A stretch of DNA of 64,000 bases from NCBI GenBank assembly GCA_950097015.1, contig CATNEN010000001.1, positions 25,296,001 through 25,360,000 of the forward strand. Direction: 5' to 3'. The position numbers were made by a program, and so were the translations under genes. The notes under the pieces are model-generated. The model was not told the DNA's origin, did not search any database, and saw only the letters and a list, made by a program, of their open reading frames with translations. Source of the stretch: Macrostomum hystrix. Its lineage: Eukaryota > Animalia > Platyhelminthes. Shown one piece after another: positions 48,801 to 59,100 of this stretch. The first letter of the stretch is position 1, and every line of letters starts with the position of its first letter.

Positions 48801-49752
48801 CCAGGCTGACCCACCCAAGGCGCCGGTGCAACCGTGGCCGTTTCCGTCAGAGCCGTGGGCGCGGCTACATATGGACTTCGCCGGTCCGGTTAACGGCCGC
48901 ACCTACCTGGTGATCGTAGACGCCTTCAGCAAGTGGCCGGAAGTTTTCCAAGTGCACAACACGACGTCTGCGGCCACGATCGACCGGCTCCGCGAGGTCT
49001 TTGCCAGACTGGGCATCCCCCGAGTGCTGGTCTCTGACAACGGTGCGCAGTTCGCCTCTGCGGAGTTCACGGAGTTCACCAGGCGCAACGGAATCCGCCA
49101 TATCTTCTCCGCGCCGTTCCACCCTGCTACGAACGGCCAGGCGGAGAGATTCGTGCAGGTGCTCAAGCGACACCTCCTCAAGAGCGGGCACTCGACGGCA
49201 GCACTGCAGCAGATGCTGATGTCATACCGCAACACGCCGCACTCAATCACAGGCGACGCTCCCAGCCAGCTGCTCATCGGCCGCAAACTGCGCAATCGGC
49301 TCGACCTGCTGATGCCATCGCTGGTGAGCAACATGCAGCGGCGCCACGAACGCCAGGTGGAGCAACAGCCGCAGGCGCGCGAGTTCCAAGCCGGCGACCG
49401 AATTCTACTGCGCGACTTCAGCTCCAACGCAAGGACTGGCGGCGGAACCCGCTGGGCCGAGGGCACCGTCGTGTCCGCCGGGTCCCGCAACTGCGACGTC
49501 GAGGTCGGCGGCGCCCTCTATCGGCGGCACACTGACCAGTTGCTGACGAGCTCGCTGCCGGATGCTACCCTGGAGCCACCGGCCAGAATCGCGAATGAGC
49601 CGCCGCTGCCGCCCACCGAGCCAAGCGGAGGCAACGGCAGCAACGACGCGCCGCCGGATGCCGCGGTCGCCGAAGCCGCTGACAAGCCGGCCAGCCCGAC
49701 CAGGCGCTACCCTCAGCGTCGGAGGCAGCCGCCTGAACGTCTGCAGCTTTGA
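45862..49752 (+). CDS. Gag-Pol polyprotein (single ORF, 1296 aa from the first ATG)
   Basis: Gag with two Zn knuckles (CASCGGAHSRQQC, CHNCGKIGHIRKVC), protease DTGS, RT (WAAPIVPV..MPFG..FVDD), RNase H (CDASPYGLG), integrase (H-H-C-C; HMDFAG, SDNGAQF, QAERFVQ). PR-RT-RH-IN order indicates Gypsy. Confidence 0.97.
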   Translation: MATTGRIPELSANSDIDIYLERLEQYFICKEVRDEAKVATLVTAIGEDAYKVLRNLCLPEPAISKSYTELADILKAYYAPKTSMLSARFRFQQRVQKPGESLADFIAGLKAASERCEFGTTLDERLRDQLVFGLRSDTHRAKLLEIEKPDFKTLLARLDALEAAERSSSEMAHRAEAVAHLRFQKKPPAFKETNKQAPRQSAGAPAGATRPAAATGPCASCGGAHSRQQCKLREAKCHNCGKIGHIRKVCKSSKLHKVDPEPAELQEPLFSVRQCGSSKGLDVELLVQGKPCRFEVDTGSALTVIPKGIQREVLPGLRLSPTSTVLRTYTGESFKPVGQADVAVQHNGQHRRLTLLVVDQGDVALLGRDWLTQLRLDWPKIFGQVNAVAGEADDVQAQFHDVFQGGLGTYRHGEVKLHMPAEAKPRFFKARPVPYALRDRVDQELRRMEADGIITPVKYSDWAAPIVPVVKKNGAVRICGDYKLTYNAEARPELYPLPRIEDMFAKLGGGCKWSKLDMSNAFLQLPLSEDSKPYLTINTQRGLYQLNRMPFGINCASAVFQRTLDSLLGDLESVQVFVDDILVTGKTLQQHHQNLIKVLQRLQEAGLRLNKDKCEFFRDSVEYLGHRIDSNGLRPLAEKVTAVQDAPPPTDCSQLRAYLGMLTHYGKFLPHLSTVVAPLNQLLMKNARWTWAEPQQQAFERSKRLLLESPVLIHYDAKLPLRLECDASPYGLGVVLTHRVDGEDRAIAFASRSLTATQKGYSQLDKEALAIMFGLQRFHQFLQGRKFVIVTDHKPLLGLLGEHKGIPEHAAARMQRWAIRLASYDYSLEFRPTSKHANCDSLSRLPLARQFEEEPAVNALLLDEETGSAITAQAVARHTRSDALLGRVLRCLQTGAPMAAAELVDFVRRRDELSVEQGCVLWGSRVVVPTALRQGVVDELHQAHPGINRMRALARSYVWWPGLDKQLKAAVKSCRICALNQADPPKAPVQPWPFPSEPWARLHMDFAGPVNGRTYLVIVDAFSKWPEVFQVHNTTSAATIDRLREVFARLGIPRVLVSDNGAQFASAEFTEFTRRNGIRHIFSAPFHPATNGQAERFVQVLKRHLLKSGHSTAALQQMLMSYRNTPHSITGDAPSQLLIGRKLRNRLDLLMPSLVSNMQRRHERQVEQQPQAREFQAGDRILLRDFSSNARTGGGTRWAEGTVVSAGSRNCDVEVGGALYRRHTDQLLTSSLPDATLEPPARIANEPPLPPTEPSGGNGSNDAPPDAAVAEAADKPASPTRRYPQRRRQPPERLQL

Positions 49753-50519
49753 TGATTGACTTGACTCTGACTCTGATTGCATAACGAACTTTGGGGATGC
49801 TTAGAACCTTAGGGGGGAGATGTCGGATAGCTTAGCAAAAGTACTATTTGCGCGCCACTCTGTAACAGCTAGTTATTGTCATTTCAATACTCGCTATTTG
49901 CTATCTGCATGGCTATAGTTCACGTGCACTCATGTCACCCCACTGTGCTGTTTTTTAGGTTTCCAATGCTTACTTTCTCTCACTGATAGAAGGCGCTGTA
50001 GCACCCACCCCTAATCTCCTAACAATGCTGAGTCAGCCATTGAGTCGTACTAGTACAATAAATATGACTGCGCGGACGCTAATGAATGCGTGCTTGTTTT
50101 CTACTCCTAACTTACTCGTCTCAGAACCCATAATTTCACAATCCTCAGTTTGAGTAGCTTTCCTATGACATCCTCAGGTTGAGTAGCTTTCCTATGACAT
50201 CCTCAGGTTGAGTAGCTTTCTTATTTCATCCTCAGTTTGAGTAGCTTCTCTTTCACATCCTCAGTTTGAGTAGCTTTCCTATTTCATCCTCAGGTTGAGT
50301 AGCTTTCCTATGACATCCTCAGTTTGAGTAGCTTTCCTATTTCATCCTCAGTTTGAGTAGCTTCTCTTTCACATCCTCAGTTTGAGTAGCTTTCCTATTT
50401 CATCCTCAGGTTGAGTAGCTTTCCTATGACATCCTCAGTTTGAGTAGCTTTCCTATTTCATCCTCAGTTTGAGTAGCTTCTCTTTCACATCCCCAGTTTG
50501 AGTAGCTTTCCTATTTCAT

Positions 50520-51031
50520 CCTCAGGTTGAGCAGCCATTCTCCCAGATCCTCAGGCTGAGCAGCCAGCCTCCCAGATCTTCAGGTTGAGCAGCCATCCTC
50601 CCAGATCTTCAGGTCGAGCAGCCATCCTCCCAGATCCTCAGGTTGAGCAGCCATCCTCCCAGATCTTCAGGTTGAGCAGCCATCCTACCAGATCCTCAGG
50701 CTGAGCAGCCATCCTCCCAGATCCTCAGGTTGAGCAGCCATCCTCCCAGATCCTCAGGCTGAGCAGCCATCCTCCCAGATCCTCAGGTTGAGCAGCCATC
50801 CTCCCAGATCCTCAGGCTGAGCAGCCATCCTCCCAGATCTTCAGGTTGAGCAGCCATCCTCCCAGATCCTCAGGCTGAGCAGCCATCCTCCCAGATCTTC
50901 AGGTTGAGCAGCCATCCTCCCAGATGCTTAGGTTGAGCAGCCATCCTCCCAGATCCTCAGGTTGAGCAGCCATCCTCCCAGATCCTCAGGTTGAGCAGCC
51001 ATCCTCCCTGATCCTCAGGTTGAGCAGCCAT
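50520..51031 (-). repeat. 29-bp minisatellite, reverse complement of the 41745-42585 unit
   Basis: (ATCCTCAGGTTGAGCAGCCATCCTCCCAG)n, continuing in register from the TAGCTTTCC-type array. Confidence 0.97.
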
Positions 51032-51825
51032 ACACTCAGACAGTGAGGCAGAGCAATTATATTCAAACGATGAGAATAAGAATATATTATTAAGCAGGCT
51101 CATATTGAATCCCTGACCCAGCCAGTCATTCACTAGAAACCGGGCCGATGGCTTTATGAATTTATAAATTCTATTGTGATTTGTGATAAAGCACTACCCT
51201 GAATGCCTAATAAAACTTCCCTTAACAGAATGCCGTAGATGACCAATAAATACAGGTTAGAATATAGGCAGCAGATCGTTTAATAAATGACCCTAGCACC
51301 CGATGCACTCGTACATTAAACTTCATTCCAAAAGATGCCATAAAAATGTAAACCTAAAATATTCGTATGAACTATTTGCTCAATCGCATCAGAGTGAAAT
51401 GCTAGCCTCACAAAGTCACACTCAGCTATTATAATCTTCACGGAGTGATGAATTGTCTTTTTGTGGGTATATTTGCAAAAAGTTGACATGAATGAATGTG
51501 AAAAATATGTTAGCATGTAGACTATTTGTAACTAATTAATAGTTAGCACCTGGATAAAATCTGAAATTTAGTAATAAAACAAACCGAATATGCGATCCAA
51601 CTCAAGCTGATCAACATGAATTTCGAAAGATAAAGAAATCAAATCAATATGAAAGCCAGTGATCAATGACATGATCGATTGACTCGTGTACAGCACTATG
51701 GCTAAATAGTGTCACAGAAAAATTATAACTATAACTATGAGTAGCTAACAGGTGTAATCAGTGATACTTCAGTATAAACAAATCTCTGCATTTCTAAACA
51801 GCACATTAAGAATCGAAAATAAGAC

Positions 51826-53075
51826 TGGCTGCTCAACCTGAGCATCTGGGAGGATGGCTGTTCAGCCTGAGCATCTGGGAGGATGGCTGTTCAGCCTGAG
51901 CATCTGGGAGGATGGCTGTTCAGCCTGAGAATCTGGGAGGATGGCTGTTCAGCCTGAGCATCTGGGAGGATGGCTGCTCAGCCTGAGGATCTGGGAGGAT
52001 GGATGCTCAACCTGAGCATCTGGGAGGATGGCTGCTCAACCTGAGGATCTGGGAGGATGGCTGCTCAGCCTGAGCATCTGGGAGGATGGCTGCTCAGCCT
52101 GAGGATCTGGGAGGATGGATGCTCAACCTGAGGATCTGGGAGGATGGCTGCTCAACCTGAGGATCTGGGAGGATAGCTGCTCAGCCTGAGCATCTGGGAG
52201 GATGGCTGCTCAACCTGAGGATCTGGGAGGATGGCTGCACAGCATGAGCATCTGGGAGGATGGCTGCTCAGCCTGAGGATCTGGGAGGATGGCTGCTCAG
52301 CCTGGGCTTCTGGGAGGATGGCTGCTCAACCTGAGGATCTGGGAGGATGGCTGCTCAACCTGAGGATCTGGGAGGATGGCTGCTCAGCCTGGGCTTCTGG
52401 GAGGATGGCTGCTCAACCTGAGGATCTGGGAGGATGGCTGCTCAACCTGAGGATCTGGGAGGATGGCTGCTCAGCCTGAGGATCTGGGAGGATGGCTGCT
52501 CAACCTGAGGATCTGGGAGGATGGCTGCTCAACCTGAAGATCTGGGAGGATGGCTGCACAGCATGAGGATCTGGGAGGATGGCTGCTCAACCTGAAGATC
52601 TGGGAGGATGGCTGCACAGCATGAGCATCTGGGAGGATGGCTGCTCAACCTGAGGATCTGGGAGGATGGCTGCTCAACCTGAAGATCTGGGAGGATGGCT
52701 GCACAGCATGAGCATCTGGGAGGATGGCTGCTCAACCTGAGGATCTGGGAGGATGGCTGCTCAACCTGAAGATCTGGGAGGATGGCTGCACAGCATGAGG
52801 ATCTGGGAGGATGGCTGCTCAACCTGAAGATCTGGGAGGATGGCTGCACAGCATGAGCATCTGGGAGGATGGCTGCTCAACCTGAGGATCTGGGAGGATG
52901 GCTGCTCAACCTGAAGATCTGGGAGGATGGCTGCACAGCATGAGCATCTGGGAGGATGGCTGCTCAGCCTGAGGATCTGGGAGGATGGCTGCTCAACCTG
53001 AGGATCTGGGAGGATGGCTGCTCAACCTGAAGATCTGGGAGGATGGCTGCACAGCATGAGGATCTGGGAGGATGA
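51826..53075 (+). repeat. 29-bp minisatellite (same family as 41745-42585)
   Basis: Direct reading; begins ~38 nt downstream of the CIAO3 stop codon. Confidence 0.97.
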
Positions 53076-53112
53076 CATACACTATTTAAAATGATGAGTC
53101 TGAGGTCAGCAA

Positions 53113-56100
53113 TCACCACTTGATTGCCAGCGGGTTGATAATCTCAACCCGTTCCACCTCGTGATACTGGGTCCGCAGAAAGGTAGCTCGCTGCTCTTGA
53201 GTCCACTGTCGGTAGGCTGTGAGCAGGGGCTGCTCAGGCGGGCAGCTGGCCTCGCTACGCAGCTGAAGGTCCAGCAGATAGGCTGTTGTGGTCGGCAGGG
53301 ACTCATAGACAGAGCTGACTTGCTCGAGAAGCTCGGCGGGCGATGAAGCCTCGGGATCGGCTGGGCGCAGCTGGCCGCCGCCGTTTAGACACCCTGGGGA
53401 TTAGAAAATTGTCGAGGATCAGGATCCCAGAGAAAAGTTTGAGGATCAGGATCCCAAAGAGCAGTTCGAGGATCAGGATCCCAAAGAGCAGTTCGAGGAT
53501 CAGGATCCCAAAGAGCAGTTTGAGGATCAGGATCCCAAAGAGCAGTTCGAGGATCAGGATCCCAAAGAGCAGTTTGAGGATCAGGATCCCAAAGAGCAGT
53601 TCGAGGATCAGGATCCCAAAGAGCAGTTTGAGGATCAGGATCCCAAAGAGCAGTTCGAGGATCAGGATCCCAAAGAGCAGTTCGAGGATCAGGATCCCAA
53701 AGAGCAGTTTGAGGATCAGGATCCCAAAGAGCAGTTCGAGGATCAGGATCCCAAAGAGCAGTTTGAGGATCAGGATCCCAAAGAGCAGTTTGAGGATCAG
53801 GATCCCAAAGAGCAGTTCGAGGATCAGGATCCCAAAGAGCAGTTTGAGGATCAGGATCCCAAAGAGCAGTTCGAGGATCAGGATCCCAAAGAGCAGTTCG
53901 AGGATCAGGATCCCAAAGAGCAGTTTGAGGATCAGGATCCCAAAGAGCAGTTCGAGGATCAGGATCCCAAAGAGCAGTTTGAGGATCAGGATCCCAAAGA
54001 GCAGTTCGAGGATCAGGATCCCAAAGAGCAGTTTGAGGATCAGGATCCCAAAGAGCAGTTCGAGGATCAGGATCCCAAAGAGCAGTTTGAGGATCAGGAT
54101 CCCAAAGAGCAGTTTGAGGATCAGGATCCCAAAGAGCAGTTCGAGGATCAGGATCCCAAAGAGCAGTTTGAGGATCAGGATCCCAAAGAGCAGTTCGAGG
54201 ATCAGGATCCCAAAGAGCAGTTCGAGGATCAGGATCCCAGAGAAAAGTTCGAGGATCAGGATCCCAAAGAGCAGTTCGAGGATCAGGATCCCAAAGAGCA
54301 GTTCGAGGATCAGGATCCCAAAGAGCAGTTTGAGGATCAGGATCCCAGAGAACAGTTTGAGGATCAGGATCCCAAAGAGCAGTTCGAGGATCAGGATCCC
54401 AAAGAGCAGTTTGAGGATCAGGATCCCAGAGAACAGTTTGAGGATCAGGATCCCATAGAACAGTTTGAGGATCAGGATCCCAAAGAGCAATTTGAGGATC
54501 AGGATCCCAGAGAACAGTTTGAGGATCAGGATCCCAAAGAGCAATTTGAGGATCAGGATCCCTAGGTAGTTTCTGTAGTGACAATAGCATTAGGGGGTCG
54601 GTGGCAGAGCGGTTAACGCGTTTGCCACTCGCACCACAGTCCCTAAGTTCGATTCCACGGCGAGGCCACATTTATTTGGGGCGCAGCCGCGGAGAGAAGA
54701 CTTGGGGGCTTGTCGTGCAATTTACGCCCTTGAGGGCCAACCTCCAAGGCACAATGAGAGTGTACACTGCCTGACGATGAGAAAGTCAGGGCAGATGTAC
54801 ACACCTGTGTGAGCGTATGCCTGCGTACAGTATCTGTGTGCGTGTGTGCTCAGGAGTCAGCGAAATGGGCAGAATTGCCTCCTCGCTGGCTGCAGGTCTA
54901 GTGTCACCAAACTATGTGTCATTGCCCGCAGCCCTCCTGCAATTATTATTATTATTACAATAGCATACCAGACGGACACGCCATAATCTCTACGAAGTCG
55001 TATTTGCATTTTTTGCGTTTAATCTGCTGCACAACATTCTGGATGTTGCGAAATCCGTAAGCAAACGCGAAGCAAAGCTTCCTGCTGGCATCGCCGGGGT
55101 TCGTCACTGTGATCTCTTGGAAGTCCTTGTTTCTGAGAATGGAAAAAACAGGTAACACGACAGTACAGAATTATGACGCGCATAGGATCTGGGATAATTT
55201 TAGGTCAGCATGGGGATCTGGGACAATCTTGGGTCAGCATGGGGATCTGGGAGAATCTTTGGTCAGCATGGGGATCTGGAAGAATCTTTAGTCAGCATGG
55301 GGATCTGGGATAATCTTGGGCCAGCATGGGGATCTGGGAGAATCTTGGGTCAGCATGGGATCTGGAATAATCTTGGGTCAGCATGAGGATCTGGGAGAAT
55401 CTTTGGTCAGCATGGGATTTGGAAGAATCTTTAGTCAGCATGGGGATCTGGGATAATCTTGGGCCAGCATGGGGATCTGGGATAATCTTGGGTCAGTATG
55501 GGATCTGGGATAATCTTGGGCCAGCATGGGGATCTGGGATAATATTGTGTTAGCATGGGGATCTAGGATAATTTTGGGCCAGCATGGGGATCTGGGATAA
55601 TCTTGGGTCAGCATGGGGATCTTGGATAATCTTGGGTCAGTATGGGGATTTGTGAACAATGAGTCAGGCAAGCTTATTACCTGAGGGCGGTCATCTGCAG
55701 TGGCAGGTCAGGCCGGGCTCCCAGCAGTCGCTGACTGGCCACTCGCAGGACATAATCGAGGTAGCCGCCAGAACCGCCGCCATCGTGATTAACCAGAGGA
55801 TCGCCGAAGCTGCGTTAGTTTTGCAATGGGATAAATATAAATACTGAAGCATATAATACTACTCATTTAGATATCAGTATGTTTCGATCTGTGCTTCTAA
55901 AATCACACTTACTCTGTGTCTACTTCCGCACCAATATTTTTCGTCCACAATGCGTCAGTGTCGTCACCAATTGCAACGCCATGACTCTCTAACAGGGCGT
56001 CCATCTCTAGAGTGCTGAGCACCATGTCCACATCTCGACCCTGCTCAGCGTCGGTTTCATCCGCGTCACTACTGCTGCTAGTAGTAAAATCTGCACGACT

Positions 56101-59100
56101 GGCTTCCAACTTTTTGTCAAAGCACGGCATGACGGTCACGTGATAGACGGAGGGGATGCAGTCGCCGCTGATTGGTTCAGCTAGTCTGGTAGGCAGCCAG
56201 CGTTTAACCAGGGCGCCTGACACCTACAGGTAGGAGGAAATGAGAGTAGACAGCATGACGAAATTAATGATGACGAAATTGGCATCGGATTTTGGAATAT
56301 CTTAGGAAAACCCCTTAATATTATGAGGTACTACCTGCTATACCTGAGTATCTGAGAGTGTGCCTGCTATACCTGAGTATCTGAGAGTGTGCCTGCTATA
56401 CCTGAGTATCTGAGAGTGTGCCTGCTATACCTGAGTATCTGAGAGTGTGCCTGCTATACCTGAGTATCTGAGAGTGTGCCTGCTATACCTGAGTATCTGA
56501 GAGTGTGCCTGCTATACCTGAGTATCTGAGAGTGTGCCTGCTATACCTGAGTATCTGAGAGTGTGCCTGCTATACCTGAGTATCTGAGAGTGTGCCTGCT
56601 ATACCTGAGTATCTGAGAGTGTGCCTGCTATACCTGAGTATCTGAGAGTGTGCCTGCTATACCTGAGTATCTGAGAGTGTGCCTGCTATACCTGAGTATC
56701 TGAGAGTGTGCCTGCTATACCTGAGTATCTGAGAGTGTGCCTGCTATACCTGAGTATCTGAGAGTGTGCCTGCTATACCTGAGTATCTGAGAGTGTGCCT
56801 GCTATACCTGAGTATCTGAGAGTGTGCCTGCTATACCTGAGTATCTGAGAGTGTGCCTGCTATACCTGAGTATCTGAGAGTGTGCCTGCTATACCTGAGT
56901 ATCTGAGAGTGTGCCTGCTATACCTGAGTATCTGAGAGTGTGCCTGCTATACCTGAGTATCTGAGAGTGTGCCTGCTATACCTGAGTATCTGAGAGTGTG
57001 CCTGCTATACCTGAGTATCTGAGAGTGTGCCTGCTATACCTGAGGATCTGAGAGTGTGCCTGCTATACCTGAGTATCTGAGAGTGTGCCTGCTATACCTG
57101 AGGATCTGAGAGTGTGCCTGCTATACCTGAGTATCTGAGAGTGTGCCTGCTATACCTGAGTATCTGAGAGTGTGCCTGCTATACCTGAGTATCTGAGAGT
57201 GTGCCTGCTATACCTGAGTATCTGAGAGTGTGCCTGCTATACCTGAGTATCTGAGAGTGTGCCTGCTATACCTGAGTATCTGAGAGTGTGCCTGCTATAC
57301 CTGAGTATCTGAGAGTGTGCCTGCTATACCTGAGTATCTGAGAGTGTGCCTGCTATACCTGAGTATCTGAGAGTGTGCCTGCTATACCTGAGGATCTGAG
57401 AGTGTGCCTGCTATACCTGAGTATCTGAGAGTGTGCCTGCTATACCTGAGTATCTGAGAGTGTGCCTGCTATACCTGAGTATCTGAGAGTGTGCCTGCTA
57501 TACCTGAGGATCTGAGAGTGTGCCTGCTATACCTGAGGATCTGAGAGTGTGCCTGCTATACCTGAGGATCTGAGAGTGTGCCTGCTATACCTGAGGATCT
57601 GAGAGTGTGCCTGCTATACCTGAGTATCTGAGAGTGTGCCTGCTATACCTGAGTATCTGAGAGTGTGCCTGCTATACCTGAGTATCTGAGAGTGTGCCTG
57701 CTATACCTGAGTATCTGAGAGTGTGCCTGCTATACCTGAGTATCTGAGAGTGTGCCTGCTATACCTGAGTATCTGAGAGTGTGCCTGCTATACCTGAGTA
57801 TCTGAGAGTGTGCCTGCTATACCTGAGTATCTGAGAGTGTGCCTGCTATACCTGAGGATCTGAGAGTGTGCCTGCTATACCTGAGTATCTGAGAGTGTGC
57901 CTGCTATACCTGAGGATCTGAGAGTGTGCCTGCTATACCTGAGTATCTGAGAGTGTGCCTGCTATACCTGAGTATCTGAGAGTGTGCCTGCTATACCTGA
58001 GTATCTGAGAGTGTGCCTGCTATACCTGAGTATCTGAGAGTGTGCCTGCTATACCTGAGTATCTGAGAGTGTGCCTGCTATACCTGAGTATCTGAGAGTG
58101 TGCCTGCTATACCTGAGTATCTGAGAGTGTGCCTGCTATACCTGAGTATCTGAGAGTGTGCCTGCTATACCTGAGTATCTGAGAGTGTGCCTGCTATACC
58201 TGAGGATCTGAGAGTGTGCCTGCTATACCTGAGTATCTGAGAGTGTGCCTGCTATACCTGAGTATCTGAGAGTGTGCCTGCTATACCTGAGTATCTGAGA
58301 GTGTGCCTGCTATACCTGAGGATCTGAGAGTGTGCCTGCTATACCTGAGGATCTGAGAGTGTGCCTGCTATACCTGAGGATCTGAGAGTGTGCCTGCTAT
58401 ACCTGAGGATCTGAGAGTGTGCCTGCTATACCTGAGTATCTGAGAGTGTGCCTGCTATACCTGAGTATCTGAGAGTGTGCCTGCTATACCTGAGTATCTG
58501 AGAGTGTGCCTGCTATACCTGAGTATCTGAGAGTGTGCCTGCTATACCTGAGTATCTGAGAGTGTGCCTGCTATACCTGAGTATCTGAGAGTGTGCCTGC
58601 TATACCTGAGTATCTGAGAGTGTGCCTGCTATACCTGAGTATCTGAGAGTGTGCCTGCTATACCTGAGGATCTGAGAGTGTGCCTGCTATACCTGAGTAT
58701 CTGAGAGTGTGCCTGCTATACCTGAGTATCTGAGAGTGTGCCTGCTATACCTGAGTATCTGAGAGTGTGCCTGCTATACCTGAGGATCTGAGAGTGTGCC
58801 TGCTATACCTGAGGATCTGAGAGTGTGCCTGCTATACCTGAGGATCTGAGAGTGTGCCTGCTATACCTGAGGATCTGAGAGTGTGCCTGCTATACCTGAG
58901 TATCTGAGAGTGTGCCTGCTATACCTGAGTATCTGAGAGTGTGCCTGCTATACCTGAGTATCTGAGAGTGTGCCTGCTATACCTGAGTATCTGAGAGTGT
59001 GCCTGCTATACCTGAGGATCTGAGAGTGTGCCTGCTATACCTGAGGATCTGAGAGTGTGCCTGCTATACCTGAGGATCTGAGAGTGTGCCTGCTATACCT

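Larger units (their letters stand above)
45529..50140 (+). mobile_element. Full-length Ty3/Gypsy (Mag-like) LTR retrotransposon
   Basis: 5' LTR 45529-45849 and 3' LTR 49821-50140 differ only by GC/AG at two adjacent bases and one T in a homopolymer. PBS 45851-45865, PPT AGGGGGGAGA 49811-49820, TSD ATCC. Confidence 0.97.

Noticed and set aside
54760-54800. Hammerhead ribozyme core (CTGACGA..GAAA; CTGAAGA..GAAA in the 22.6-kb copy)
   Set aside because: Only 3 nt lie between the motifs (no stem II) and no stem III follows GAAA; the region is better explained as a simple hairpin.
54818-54930. HDV-like ribozyme: GCCTCCTCGCTGGC matches HDV P3/L3, and GCCTGCG/TGCAGGT could form P1
   Set aside because: There is no GG after P1 for P1.1, the candidate P2 is not adjacent to P3, there is no C-N-A-A J4/2, and the 36.5-kb copy breaks P1 and L3. 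An RNArobo/Infernal scan of the family consensus or an in vitro cleavage assay would settle it.
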